Below the pieces are notes generated by a model. That model saw only the letters and a list, made by a program, of their open reading frames with translations, searched no databases and had not been told where the DNA came from. Source: Gemmatimonadota bacterium (GTDB lineage Bacteria > Gemmatimonadota > Gemmatimonadetes > Gemmatimonadales > Gemmatimonadaceae). From it: a DNA stretch of 64,000 bases. The DNA is taken from assembly GCA_002737115.1 (NCBI GenBank), contig NSHR01000009.1, positions 730 through 64,729 on the forward strand, given 5' to 3'. The position numbers and the translations under genes are program-made. Every line of letters starts with the position of its first letter. Positions within the stretch are counted from its first letter, which is position 1. Of the stretch, positions 10,205 through 21,600 are shown piece by piece.

Positions 10205-10292
10205 GAAAAATGTTTGGTCAGGATAGGGATGATTTTCCCCTAGGGCGGGACCAGCCGCCTTTTATGAGGACCATCCGCGGGCCTCAACGGTG

Positions 10293-10343
10293 ATAAAACA
10301 GAGCGCCCGATCGAAACCATCCGATCGGGCGCTCTGTGCTTTT
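10293..10343. terminator. Intrinsic terminator, possibly bidirectional
   Basis: 16-bp perfect stem acagagcgcccgatcg/cgatcgggcgctctgt with short T tracts on both strands, downstream of 10396-11097. Confidence 0.75.
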
Positions 10344-10395
10344 GCGGGTGTATAGCGGACCTGGGCGATTTTCCTATTCTTGGAAAATAACAACC

Positions 10396-11097
10396 TCAGC
10401 GGCGCGACAACGGAGCCGGCGTCCAGTTGAATCCCATGGCGAAGGTGTCCTGCGCCCCGCCCAGCTCCGACCCGGTAAACGCCGCCGCCGCCCGCACGGC
10501 AAACTGCGAGTTCACCTGAAAATTGACGCCCACGTCGAAGTTGAGACTCACTTCCGACTGGCTGCCACCGCTGGCACCGCCGCCGCTGGCCCAATCGAGC
10601 GACGCGCGCGGATGCACGTAGGGGGTGATGGCCATGCCCTGCTCGAGCGCGAATGTGTGCCCAATACTCACCCCCACGGGAACGCGAGCGAGTGTGGCGC
10701 CGCCGCCAAACGCCGCACCGGCGCCCGCCGTGAACAGGACGTCGAGCGGCTGGTCACCACGGGCCCGCGTGATCTCCTGGCCGATGCCGCCGCCCACAAA
10801 CAACGAGAGGGCGTCGCTACCCTTCCGGTCGGTCAGACCGGTTTCGAGCTGCCAATGCCGACGCGGCCGCCACGCTTCGCGCCACTGGAACAACGCCGTC
10901 GTGCCCGCGCCACTCGATACGGCCGCGGTGTAATCGCGCGTCGACGCCGTCGGCACTTGCAGGGAGGGATAGTTGGACGCCTGCGCGTGAGCGATCGCCG
11001 GCGAAAAGGCGATACAGAAGGCGAGAGAGAAGGCGAGAGACCACGCGAAGGCCGCGGCACCGATGACACGATCAACTCGCCACGAAGAATGCACCAT
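10396..11097 (-). CDS. Small outer-membrane beta-barrel protein
   Basis: AAGGAG RBS before MVHSS; signal peptide ending AHA-Q; alternating amphipathic strands; C-terminal 'FAMGFNW'. Confidence 0.75.
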   Translation of the reverse strand: MVHSSWRVDRVIGAAAFAWSLAFSLAFCIAFSPAIAHAQASNYPSLQVPTASTRDYTAAVSSGAGTTALFQWREAWRPRRHWQLETGLTDRKGSDALSLFVGGGIGQEITRARGDQPLDVLFTAGAGAAFGGGATLARVPVGVSIGHTFALEQGMAITPYVHPRASLDWASGGGASGGSQSEVSLNFDVGVNFQVNSQFAVRAAAAFTGSELGGAQDTFAMGFNWTPAPLSRR

Positions 11098-11296
11098 ACT
11101 CAACCGCTCCTTGGGATAAATGGACAATCAGGCCACGCCCGGCGTTCCACGTGGCGCGGCGTGGAGACTATCCGTTACTCGTGGATGCTACTACCTCCCC
11201 GCCTGCAATTTGGATCCGTTCCACCGCGATTGTCGCACGCCATGGCGTGGTGTGGGTTGGTGATCGCAACGGGGGTGTGCTGGTGCGACTCATTCC

Positions 11297-11347
11297 AAAA
11301 ACGCATCACGGGCGCCGAGAAGTCCTTTCTCGGCGCCCGCGTTGCGT
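11297..11347 (-). terminator. Intrinsic terminator closing the TBDT-CTD-PorV operon
   Basis: Stem cgggcgccgagaa/ttctcggcgcccg followed on the minus strand by TGATGCGTTTTT. Confidence 0.65.
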
Positions 11348-11372
11348 GTTGCACCCTGCGACTACGTGGTGA

Positions 11373-12509
11373 TTAGCGGAACGAAACGGATGACGGGTTA
11401 CCCACCACCATCACCGCATTGGCACCCATTCGATCGGTCGGGGACAGCTTGTTCTGCAGCGTGACATAGGTGAAGGCGAACTCACGCCATGGTATGCCCC
11501 TGACCACGGTTCCGGCAATCGTATCGGCCGAGACGCGATGCTGCGCGGCGAAGATGACGGGCGTCGGCGTACCGAACATGAACAGCGGATCCGTAATCTG
11601 CGTGTCCGCATCGTAGTAGCTCAAACGGCCGGGGAACGGCGTGGCCTTGCGACCAAGGCTGACGGTATCAATGAACCGGCCGAGCGTATCGGTGCGAATG
11701 GTCCACGCTTCGTAGAAATAGCCGACGGGCGGACGATAGTAATTCGAATCGTTCACCGTGTAGATGGCGCCGCGCACTTCGATGCGACCACGCGGGATGA
11801 TGACGGTGGTGGCGGAGAAAGCCGCGGGGCCGAACACCGCGTTGGCGGCCGTGGACGCGGCGAAGACGAATTCCTCGCTCAGTCTCGGGCTGTAGTTCCC
11901 AAACCGAACGCCGCCAGTGAGCCGAACACCCACCACGGCGGCTTGACTGCGACGAACCCAGAGTGGACGACGCACAGACGGCGCCGTGCCCGGGGTACCC
12001 GTTTCCAGCGACACCAGTACCAGGTTGGCGGAGTCGGCGTTGGGCATGCCGATGGCCGCGCGCGTGGTGGCGAAGCGCATGAGGCGGTTGGAGCCGCCGG
12101 TTGAAAACTGATTGACGGTGCCCACCACGATGGACGACGTAGAGAACACCGCGTCGCCCTGCGCGTTGAGCGTGGTGTCGGTGCGCAGCACGGTGAGGAG
12201 GCCCGACGCACGGACGAACTTTGTGGCGGAGTCGTTGCCGACCCAAACCACATAGTTGCCGCTGGAGAGGGAGTCGAGTCCGCCCAGCTCCACAATGATC
12301 GAATCCGTGGCCGGCGTGGCCGAGGCGATGGGAGCGGTTGGGAAGATTGCCCGTCCTCTGGGCAGGTTGGACTGTGCCTTTACCAAATTCTGGCCAAAAC
12401 CAAGGCTTCCGACAGGCTCCGTGGTGATGGCGCGTTCCTCAGTGCACGCGGTGGCCAAGGCCACCGTGAGGGCAACGGACGTCAGAGCGACGAGACGCAT
12501 GGGATTCAT
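11373..12509 (-). CDS. Hypothetical beta-rich lipoprotein
   Basis: Lipobox ATAC; starts 2 nt after the upstream stop; no recognisable catalytic motif. Confidence 0.75.
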   Translation of the reverse strand: MNPMRLVALTSVALTVALATACTEERAITTEPVGSLGFGQNLVKAQSNLPRGRAIFPTAPIASATPATDSIIVELGGLDSLSSGNYVVWVGNDSATKFVRASGLLTVLRTDTTLNAQGDAVFSTSSIVVGTVNQFSTGGSNRLMRFATTRAAIGMPNADSANLVLVSLETGTPGTAPSVRRPLWVRRSQAAVVGVRLTGGVRFGNYSPRLSEEFVFAASTAANAVFGPAAFSATTVIIPRGRIEVRGAIYTVNDSNYYRPPVGYFYEAWTIRTDTLGRFIDTVSLGRKATPFPGRLSYYDADTQITDPLFMFGTPTPVIFAAQHRVSADTIAGTVVRGIPWREFAFTYVTLQNKLSPTDRMGANAVMVVGNPSSVSFR

Positions 12510-12511
12510 GT

Positions 12512-13213
12512 TTAGTTGCCCCCAGCACTGCCAGGGATATAACGGAAGCCGAGCGAGAGCATGAAGTTGCCCGCGGTGCGCTTCGCCGCCGGCACGGCCG
12601 GGAAGTCTTCCGGGAACACCCGGTTCGGGTTGCGTCCGGCCGATGGGTCGAGAAACCCGCGATCGAAATTCCGCATCGTGAGCTGGCGGGCGTCAATCTG
12701 AATGCCACTCCGCTCCGTGAATTTGATCCACACGCCGCCACCGACGGTGTAGGAGGCCGCGTTCTTGATGGCCGCCTTCCCGTTGATTTGGGTATCGAGC
12801 AACATGGTGTACGTGCCGAATCCACCCATCACGAACGGCGTGATGTGCTTGGTGGGATAGCGCGCCACGCCCATCGCCCCGATGTGAATGGTGTTCACCG
12901 GCTGGCCTACGTACTGGTAGTAGACCGTGTCACCGCCACTGGCGTTGGCGTTTCCGTAGCGCAGACGCGCCACGAAATCTTCGCGGTGTGTGTTGCCTCG
13001 GGTGACGTCCACCGAAACGCCGGTTCCGAAATACTTGTTTAGCGAATACTCGGTGTCGAGACCGACGAGACCCGCCATATCAAGACTGGACGAGCGCTCG
13101 GGGGTGACCGTACCCAATCGGGTCGTCACACTGAATCGCTTTGCCTGCACCTGCGCTTGCGCGGTCGTTGCTGCCAACGCCACAAAGGCGGCCGCGAGCA
13201 TCATCGTTCTCAT
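12512..13213 (-). CDS. Outer-membrane beta-barrel protein (OmpA/OmpW-like, about 8 strands)
   Basis: Signal peptide AQA-Q; 'ITPFVMGGFG', 'YTVGGGV' and terminal 'LSLGFRY' strands; ATGA overlap with the PorV-like gene. Confidence 0.75.
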   Translation of the reverse strand: MRTMMLAAAFVALAATTAQAQVQAKRFSVTTRLGTVTPERSSSLDMAGLVGLDTEYSLNKYFGTGVSVDVTRGNTHREDFVARLRYGNANASGGDTVYYQYVGQPVNTIHIGAMGVARYPTKHITPFVMGGFGTYTMLLDTQINGKAAIKNAASYTVGGGVWIKFTERSGIQIDARQLTMRNFDRGFLDPSAGRNPNRVFPEDFPAVPAAKRTAGNFMLSLGFRYIPGSAGGN

Positions 13214-14322
13214 CGGCCCACCTCGAAGGAGAAGATCTGAACGTTCTGCAGCGCACCGGCACCCTGATACGAGTAGTCGAAGCGGAGATTGCGTCCGAGC
13301 AGCGGCATCCGCAGACCGAAGCCACCGGAGAGTCCGAGCGCGGCGGCGTTCTCGACGCCGAGCTCACGACCGTCGTTGTACATGCGCTTTCCGCCGCGAA
13401 TAAAGAGCGTGTTCTTGTACGCGTACTCGACACCCGCGGCGTACTGCGTCGCGACATCGGTACCGTCGATGACGGTGATCTCCGCGTTGAGCGCGTTGCT
13501 CCCCGCGCCTTTGCCAAAAATGGCGCCGGCACCGCCCAGGATCTGCGAACCCACGGAGAACTGGAACGTGACCGGGATTTCGGTGGGCCGCGTGGCCAGT
13601 TCGACGCGACGACCTTCCTCTAGCAGCGAGCCATCCGTGGTTTGAATCACGCGCTGGAGCAAGGCCCCGCTGGCACGAGCCGATTTGCCCACATTGCGGA
13701 TCGCGCCGCCGATGGTGACGCCATACAGGCCCGTGTTGAACTGCGTGCCGATATCGGCCGCGACCCATGCGGTGTTGGCGTCGGTGATGCCTTCGGTGAT
13801 GTACTTGAGCTGCGTGCCGATGTTCAAACGGTCGGTCAGGCGCTTGGCGTATCCCAGGCTGGCGGCGGAGGAGGTCCACGCAAAGGTCGACCCACCGAGG
13901 CGCTCGCCAAACGGATTCTGCTCCGTCGTCCGCCGAATTTCACCGGACGACAGCGAGTTGAGCGTCACGCCAACGACCCCGCCAAGCAGCGGCACAGAAA
14001 GCGCCGCATAGGACTGCGTGAGCCCGAGGTCGCCGTAGAGCTGCTGGTATCCACCCGCGCCGGAAATCGTTTCGCTGGTGGCGGCGCCAGCGGGATTCCA
14101 GTACCACGCCGTAGGACCACTCACCGTCCCACCGATCGCACCAGCCATGGCGCCCCCGCGGGCGCCAATACCGATGTGCAGGAAGTTGGCGCCACGCGTG
14201 CCCTGGCGCGTGGCCTTGGTTTCCGGTGTCGGGAGGAGACCACCTGGACCCTGCGCGCACAGCGGCGCTGCCAGCAGGGTCGTGACGGCTCCGAGCACAC
14301 CGATGTTCCGTATAATCTTCAT
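13210..14322 (-). CDS. PorV/PorQ (UPF0164, FadL-like) family outer-membrane barrel
   Basis: Signature 'ANFLHIGIGARGGAMAG...AWYWNPAG', 'SLGYAKRLTDRLNIG', 'DIGTQF', 'RFDYSY'. Confidence 0.85.
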   Translation of the reverse strand: MKIIRNIGVLGAVTTLLAAPLCAQGPGGLLPTPETKATRQGTRGANFLHIGIGARGGAMAGAIGGTVSGPTAWYWNPAGAATSETISGAGGYQQLYGDLGLTQSYAALSVPLLGGVVGVTLNSLSSGEIRRTTEQNPFGERLGGSTFAWTSSAASLGYAKRLTDRLNIGTQLKYITEGITDANTAWVAADIGTQFNTGLYGVTIGGAIRNVGKSARASGALLQRVIQTTDGSLLEEGRRVELATRPTEIPVTFQFSVGSQILGGAGAIFGKGAGSNALNAEITVIDGTDVATQYAAGVEYAYKNTLFIRGGKRMYNDGRELGVENAAALGLSGGFGLRMPLLGRNLRFDYSYQGAGALQNVQIFSFEVGR

Positions 14323-14332
14323 CTCGACTCCG

Positions 14333-17300
14333 TTAACGGATGATCACGAACTTACCGCGATGCACCTGGTTCTTCCCGCGCTCACCAGTGGCAGTCACAA
14401 CGAATACATAGAGCCCCGAACCGAGGTCGACACCCTCGCGCGTTCGGAGATTGTATGGGAGGTCGCCAGAGGTGGAGTTATTGCCGGCGCGCAGCAGATC
14501 GCTGGCCGTCCACTTGAGTTCCTGCAGATACTGACCGGACAACGAGTAGATGCGCACCGTGCCTACGTCGGGCAGGCCCGTGAACACGATGTTGCCGACC
14601 GAGGTCCGATTCGCCGCATTGACGTTGTCGACATCCGAGCGGACGATGTACGGGTTAGGCACAACGCTGATCTTGGCGAGCGTCGCTTTGGTGATCGCGT
14701 TGGACGACGAGAACGGCGTGGCGACGAGGCTGAACACCGAGCGCGGATCGAACGTTTTCGTCAGTTCGAAAAACTGCGTCCAATTCGCGGCCACCGGCAG
14801 GTACCCGCCGGTCGGTGTGGCGCCACGCGTGTTGATCACCAGCGGGTTACAGGTTTGCTGGTCAAACGTGTTCGTCCGCGTACCGCTGGACGTGGCGTTG
14901 GAGACGCACGCCACCATGAACTTGCTCAGTCCAATGGAGTCGACCAGCACACGAATCGGCCGGAAAGCGTTCGCACCGCCCTCGGCGTCGGTGGCCAGCA
15001 CGAGGGAGCGGACACCGCCAATCGAGACGGCGCTGTCGGTGGGCACGCGCTGCATCACGTACAGCGTGTCGCCCGGCAACCAGAGCGTATCGGGCACGTT
15101 CACCCGGATCGTGTCGTTGCCAGAGCCCATGAGACGCGTCCGAGCCTGCGTGGTCGGTCGCGCCAGCATGGCAAACTTCACGTCTTCCACCCGACCATCT
15201 TCGGCGTCGGTGTACTTCATCGTGAACGGCACGCGCACACGGACCAGCGGACGAGCCGCGCTCGCGCCGATCATGGCGTTGTACTTCGCGTCGATGATCG
15301 TGAGGTTCGTGGCCAGTTTGGACGCTTCGTTCAGCGAGCTGTCAACGGATGCCTGCAGCGCTTGCGGCGGATCGAGACGGAACGGAGCCTTGGGCCCCCA
15401 CGGATCGGTCTGCCAGATGAGCGTATACGCACCACCCTGAACGCGCTTCGGCAACGTGTTGCCGGTGACCGCAATGATCGGCCGCGTAGTCATGGCGAAC
15501 TGCTTTGCGCCCGGCTGGACCGTGTCACCGGGTACACGGATCAAATAATCACGATCGCGCACGGTACCGGACGCGAGCTGTTCCTGGCGAAGACCGGTGG
15601 CCGCATTCGAGCTGTCGCGCGAGCGGACCGTATAGCCAGGATAGAACGGCGACGAGAGCTGATCGCTTTCGTAGTTGGCCGCGTACTGGTCGTTGGTCAT
15701 GTAGATCGGCTTACCGTCCTGCGTGACCCACACGTAGCCCATGTTGTTGGCGGGCGCCGCGATCGTATCGAGGAACAGGCGCGAGGAGCCAATCACGCCG
15801 CGGTTCGTCCCGGTGAACAAGCTCGCACCGATACGGACCGGAATGTTGGCGCTCGCCGTGAACTGCTGCTCCCGAGCCGTAAAATTCACGACCCGCGGAC
15901 CGGTCGGTGAGGTGGTGGCGCTCGGGACAATAAAACGGGCCGATATCGTGGTGGACGCGGCACTGGTGAGCGTGTCGACGGTCTTGCGCACGATGAACTG
16001 GTTGGCGTACACCAGCCGGGTGCGGCCTGTCGCGGAGTTGGACACGTTGCCAAGGATCACGTCCTGCGTGGCCTTGCCGAACACCGTGGCCGTGTCGACT
16101 CGGGCGAAGGAACGGCCCGCCGCATTCGTGATCGGCGCGTACGCCGTAATCGTGGTCGGTCCGCTTCCCGCCAAGGCCGCACTGATCGTGTCCTTGGTCA
16201 CGTTGAGCGCGTTCTGCACATCGGTGGCCACAAACCCGGCGCTCGTGCTGTCCACGAGGGCGAAGTCGGCGAAGCCTTTTGTGCGCGTGACCAGCGAGTA
16301 CACGTACGTGCGACCACCCATAACGAACTCAGAGACGCTCGCCGCGGCAGGCGCGCCGTCGGTGTACGTGGTCGTCGCCCACGGACGCCACTGGAACGCC
16401 GGCACACCATTATCGATGTTGCGAGTGGGGGCATCCACGCACGCCCCCACATTACCGGTACTCGTCGTCCACGTGGTGCCTTGATTGCACGACTTGAAGA
16501 TATAAATGGCCGCGAGATTGTCATTGGCGCGCGCCGTCATACGAGCCAACAGACCGGGGTTGAGGCGCAAGACGCGGCGCACACTCGCCACGTTGTCAAC
16601 CGAATCCTGCCGGATCTTGGCGATCTGGCGAAGGAGATACTGGTCAACGGGGGAGATCCGTGGGTAGCGAATCGTGATCTGCGAACCGACCGATGCGTCG
16701 GCCACACCAGCACGCGACGAGTCGACAAACTCGGCGGACGCGATGGTGTACGTCACGCCGGCGGTGATGGCCGGTAACGCCATCGGCGTCGGGCCGGCGT
16801 AATTCGTGAGGTACGTGTTGAGCATCGCATCCACGCGGGTGCGCGTCTGCAGCGAATCGGGCCCCCACGTAAACGCGAACAGGAACTGCGTGGTGTCGTT
16901 GGAGCGCAGCTTGAACGGTCCTGCCGTGACCGTGTTCATGATGTTGCCCCAGCTGGCATTCCGATAGCCGCCCGGGATGGTATCACTCCACAGCACGTGA
17001 CAGCCGCGGCTGCCGCAACCGGGCACCGAGATGGTGTCCTGAACGCCGTCCTTGTTGTAGTCCCACTTGCCGAAGGGCTGGCCATTGACCGGGTTGGTGG
17101 TGCTGCCCGGCACGAACTTGTTGAAACGCGCCTGCGACGCATCGGGAACGACCCCGCTCCACTCGTCCGGCATGAACTTGAAGAGGTAGTCTCCGGCGCC
17201 CAACTGAGCCGGTGTGCGTTCATCGAGGTAGGCGGACTCGATACCCGAGACCATACCGAACGCACCACGCTGGCTGAACTGCAAGTTGTTGTTACCGAAG

Positions 17301-18655
17301 CCACCCGACGCCGCGTGATTATAGGTGATGGTATCACCGGCGTTGCGATGATTGGGCGCGTAGTACGGGCTGGCGGGTTGGGAGAACAGCTTGTTGCGCA
17401 GGTCACCCAACGGCGACTTGAGGAACGTGATCACCATGGCCCCACCGCCGAAACCGGCGGCGGTGCTGTTGCATCCAGCCGTCTGCCCGGCATACCGCTT
17501 CGGGTACGAGGTCGCGTTGCAATTGCCCGACGCACCCGAGCGAACGATGTAGACCGAGCCCTCTTGGGGCTGGAAGTACATGGCGTTGTTGTTCTGGTTC
17601 GACGCCATGCCGGGGCCAAGGCCATAGTACAACGAGTCGTAATCGACGCCCGTGCCGTACACGTCGGCACTCTTGTTCACCATCGTGAGCTGATACCAGA
17701 TGGTGTTGCGCACGGCGGGATTGCCGAACTGGAATGCCTCAAATTTGAACTCGATGCCGAGCGGATAGCCCTGCTCACTCGGCGTACCGGCACCTCCCGA
17801 CACCACCGACCCGAACCGAAGCTTCTGCTCACGGTAGTAGTCGGACATGTAGCCGTACAGCTGCTGGGTACCCAGCGTGTTGCTCGGGTCGTACGTGGTG
17901 GTCGGAAGCTTCCACTCATCCCAGGCGAAGCCCGTGGGGTTCGCCTTGAAGCGATCGAGCCACGTGGCATCGGGAATGACCGCCTTGCCCTTGAACCCTT
18001 GGGAGCCCCACGTCTCAGGACAATCCTTTGTAGCCAGCAAGGAGTTGCCAAGAAAGCGAAAGGTGTTGGAGTTAGCTCGGCAAGAACCGTCGGCCGCGGA
18101 GGTCAGGCCAGAAAACGTTTTGCCGAACTGCCCGTCGGCCGCGCCCAGGGACACCTTGCGGGGATTGCCCACGGTAAAGGTGTGGAAGCCCGTGTAACCG
18201 GGATTGCCCAGCATGGTGCGGGCGTTCGGGTATACCGCACGAATCTTGCGCCATTCGTTTGGCCCGGCGCCGCCGACGATGGGCATCTCGAAGTAGAAGC
18301 CGCGCTGGCTCGCCACGCACGCGGTGGTACCGCCCGCCTGGTTGGAGACGGGTCCCCCTTCGTTTTGCGTGCCGCCGGTCATGTCGCCCGTACCGCGGTA
18401 GGTACCACAGGCGAAATCTTCACCGGCGAAGAGGCTAAACCCTCTCGTCGCGGCGGACAGCGGTATGGTGACGAAGCTGCCATCGGCGCGCATGCTGTCG
18501 ATGCTGGTGATGGGCGGCGTGAGCCCCCCCTGTGCCAGCATGGTGGCTGGCATACCGATGGCGCCGGCCGCGACCACAACCGTCGCCGCGGCCGCCCGAA
18601 GGCGGCGGCGTGACGTGGTCAGGCAAATGCTGAGGGAATCCATGATGAGAGTCAT
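14333..18655 (-). CDS. Large secreted protein (1440 aa) with T9SS type-A-like/FlgD-Ig C-terminal domain
   Basis: Sec signal; C-terminus 'ISVVPNPY...VRIYSLSG...YNLRT...GSGLYVFVV...GKFVIIR'; several Cys residues. Confidence 0.8.
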   Translation of the reverse strand: MTLIMDSLSICLTTSRRRLRAAAATVVVAAGAIGMPATMLAQGGLTPPITSIDSMRADGSFVTIPLSAATRGFSLFAGEDFACGTYRGTGDMTGGTQNEGGPVSNQAGGTTACVASQRGFYFEMPIVGGAGPNEWRKIRAVYPNARTMLGNPGYTGFHTFTVGNPRKVSLGAADGQFGKTFSGLTSAADGSCRANSNTFRFLGNSLLATKDCPETWGSQGFKGKAVIPDATWLDRFKANPTGFAWDEWKLPTTTYDPSNTLGTQQLYGYMSDYYREQKLRFGSVVSGGAGTPSEQGYPLGIEFKFEAFQFGNPAVRNTIWYQLTMVNKSADVYGTGVDYDSLYYGLGPGMASNQNNNAMYFQPQEGSVYIVRSGASGNCNATSYPKRYAGQTAGCNSTAAGFGGGAMVITFLKSPLGDLRNKLFSQPASPYYAPNHRNAGDTITYNHAASGGFGNNNLQFSQRGAFGMVSGIESAYLDERTPAQLGAGDYLFKFMPDEWSGVVPDASQARFNKFVPGSTTNPVNGQPFGKWDYNKDGVQDTISVPGCGSRGCHVLWSDTIPGGYRNASWGNIMNTVTAGPFKLRSNDTTQFLFAFTWGPDSLQTRTRVDAMLNTYLTNYAGPTPMALPAITAGVTYTIASAEFVDSSRAGVADASVGSQITIRYPRISPVDQYLLRQIAKIRQDSVDNVASVRRVLRLNPGLLARMTARANDNLAAIYIFKSCNQGTTWTTSTGNVGACVDAPTRNIDNGVPAFQWRPWATTTYTDGAPAAASVSEFVMGGRTYVYSLVTRTKGFADFALVDSTSAGFVATDVQNALNVTKDTISAALAGSGPTTITAYAPITNAAGRSFARVDTATVFGKATQDVILGNVSNSATGRTRLVYANQFIVRKTVDTLTSAASTTISARFIVPSATTSPTGPRVVNFTAREQQFTASANIPVRIGASLFTGTNRGVIGSSRLFLDTIAAPANNMGYVWVTQDGKPIYMTNDQYAANYESDQLSSPFYPGYTVRSRDSSNAATGLRQEQLASGTVRDRDYLIRVPGDTVQPGAKQFAMTTRPIIAVTGNTLPKRVQGGAYTLIWQTDPWGPKAPFRLDPPQALQASVDSSLNEASKLATNLTIIDAKYNAMIGASAARPLVRVRVPFTMKYTDAEDGRVEDVKFAMLARPTTQARTRLMGSGNDTIRVNVPDTLWLPGDTLYVMQRVPTDSAVSIGGVRSLVLATDAEGGANAFRPIRVLVDSIGLSKFMVACVSNATSSGTRTNTFDQQTCNPLVINTRGATPTGGYLPVAANWTQFFELTKTFDPRSVFSLVATPFSSSNAITKATLAKISVVPNPYIVRSDVDNVNAANRTSVGNIVFTGLPDVGTVRIYSLSGQYLQELKWTASDLLRAGNNSTSGDLPYNLRTREGVDLGSGLYVFVVTATGERGKNQVHRGKFVIIR

Positions 18656-18673
18656 CGTGATCGGGAAGAAGAC

Positions 18674-21600
18674 TTAGAAGCTGACGGTGATGCCGGCGAA
18701 CAGGCTACGGCGGGCACCGATATATTCAGGCTGATCGTACCCAGTCGACGTGCTCACGTCGCCCGTGTTACCGACGCGGCGGTTCTGGAAGTCACGCAGA
18801 CCGGCGTCGCACTTGCCGGTATTCACGAACACCTGCGCGCAATTCTTGCGATCGAGCAGGTTGCTCACGCGGAAGAAGGCGGAGTAGTTCACGTTGCGGA
18901 TGGCAAACCGCTTGTCGAGCTGCAACCCCATATCCTGCACGCTCGGCGCCGTGCCCGAGTTGATATCAGAGGCGTTGTTCGTCACGCCGATATTCGCCAG
19001 CGACGTGGCGCGAACCGGCGTGTACGGATTGCCGCTGCGGATCTGGTAGGTATAGCTGACCGTGGTGTTGCGCAGCAGACGTCCGGCGTTGAGCGGCAGC
19101 GTCGGCAGGTCGTTCTGCACGCGGTACGTGACGGACAGGTTGGCCGTGTGCGTGATGTTGCCGTCGGTCAGCGTTTCGATGAGCTGGACGCGGTTGGCTT
19201 CGGTGCGGGCAATTTCATCGGCCCGGTCGGGGGCCTGCGAGTTCGTGGTGGAACGCGCGATGCCGTAGTTCACGCTGAACTGGTAGCGATTGGACAAACG
19301 ACGGTCGAGCGAGGCTTCCATCCCGCGGGCGGTGAGGAAGTCCCCGTTCACGACCACGCGGTACTGCGGGGCCGATCCGTCGTAGGTGGAGCCGATGTCA
19401 TTGGTGGCGCGGCTCGTGCGGATACCGGTGAGGCCGGTTTCCGACCGATTGTACACCGCGACCTGGAGGCCGTAGTTGTTCTGCGCACCGAGCGTGGTCG
19501 AGTAGCCCACTTCGTACGACTTGGCTTCCTCGAGCAGCAAGTTGACGTTGCCCACGTACGTCGGGTTGCTGCTGCGGATGTCGGGAGCGCACTCCGTGGT
19601 TCCGGGCTTCACCTGCTCGGCGCCACAGTACCGGTCGCCCGCACCCGTGCGGCCCGCCACCGTACCGGTGCCCGTGTTTCGATACACGTCGGCGTAGTTG
19701 GGGACCTTGGTGTACCGGCCCGCGTTGAAGAACAACTGCGACCGCTCGGTGAGCGGGAAGTTGACGCCGATGCGCGGGCTGAAGGCCGTGCGCGCGCGCG
19801 CGGCGGCGAAGTCGTCGCCCTGCGCGATCGAAGCGGCCGAGTCGAGCAGGATCGGACGCTTGGTGGCGGGGTTCTCCTTCGAGGCGAAACATCCGGTGGT
19901 GCCGTACGGCTGTCCCTGCGCATTCACCAAACGCTTGCCGGCGACCGAGGTGCCATTGCAGACCTCACGAGCCGTGGTGGCATTGGCCGGGTCGAGCGGA
20001 TTGGCGAAGCTGCGACCGCGAGCCACCCCGTAGTCAAACCGGCCGCCCAGTCGAATGCTGAGGAAATCGTACTCGATCACCGACTGCACATAGGCCGCCG
20101 CGTCGTACGGCTTGGCGCGGTATACCTGATAGGTGAGCGGCGTAATGCCCGACTGGCCTGGGCCGGCCGCGCGATCGCTGTAGATCAAATCGTGGGTGAC
20201 CAACTGCGCACCGATCTGCAATTCGTTGTGATCGGTGATCTGTGACTTCAGGTCGGCGCGGAACGTCCGATCCGTGAACTGCTCACCACCAAACAGCTGA
20301 CCGGTCGCGCCTTGGTCGGGGACCGTGTTACACAGCGTCGGTGAGGGGTTGATGAAGCCCTGTGCGAAGTTGGCCTGACAAAACGGCGCGGGCAGACAGA
20401 CGCCGCGATAGATCGGGCAGGTGAGCCGTTCGAATTCCAGCTGGGCCGCACGCAGCGTGAGCGAGCTTCGGCCCCAGTTCTGCACGAGCGACAGGATGTA
20501 CATGTTGCTCTTGTCGCGAATGGCCGTCGGCGTGAGATCGCGCTGCAGCACGAGACCTTGGTCGTTGATCACGTACAACGAATCGGCGCGATTCGTAACC
20601 AGCGACAGCGGGTCGGGCTGGTACGAGAACATGAAGCGACGATCGTACGGACGATTGGCCCGCTCCGCACCGATGGCGGTGAAATTGATCTTGGTATTGT
20701 CGAACGGCAGGAAGGTGAGCTTGCCCACGAACTGCGCATTCTGGCGGCCGCCAAATGCCTGCCAACCCTTGATCAGGTCGCGCGAATAGGCGGGGAGCAC
20801 CTCAGAGCGCTCCACGTTCTGATTTACCGAGAAGATGTCTTGGTCGAACTCGAGCACGCGCGCGGCGGCGCTTTCGACCTGACCCGACACGGAATAGCGG
20901 AGCTTGGAGTTCGTCCCCGGTACCGGGCCGGCCAAGTAGCCGCGCAGCAGATTGTTGCCGCCCAGTTTGTCCTGGGTCGAGTTGAACAGCTCGCCCGGCA
21001 AGGTCCCGTTCTGGAAGCTGATGGAGCCAGAGACCTGCGATCCGCCTTCGCGAATGGAGCTGTTGACGATACCCGACAGGGCATTGCCGTACTGCGGGTC
21101 CATGTTGCCGCGGCGGAAGTCCACGCCGCTCACCGCAAAGGAGTTGATGTCGATCGCGTTCGAACCGAAGATCGAATTGTTGATCGGCACGCCGTCGATC
21201 ATCGACAGCGTGGAGCCACCGCGACTGCCGCGCACTCGGATCGGCGCCGACGTGTTGCGCTGCTCTTCCGCGACAGAGATCAGGCTGGTGTTCTGCGGGA
21301 CTTCCTGGAAGCCCTGCTGCAGCGCCAACACACCGGCGATGGACGTCACCGGGAGCGATTGGATCTGCTCTTCAGTAATTGAGCTACCGGAGCCCACCTG
21401 CCCACGTTCGATCAGCGGGGTTTTCTCCGCCTGCACGGTCACGGCCGCGAGGGTCTGGTTCGTAGCGCGGAGCTTGAAGTTCTGCTCGCGGGTCACATCG
21501 ATGGCGATCCGCACATCGGTGGTGTTGATGCTTTGGAACCCAAGCCGCCGCGCCTGCACCGTGTAATTGCCCGGTGGGACGGAGATGATGAAGTAGCGTC

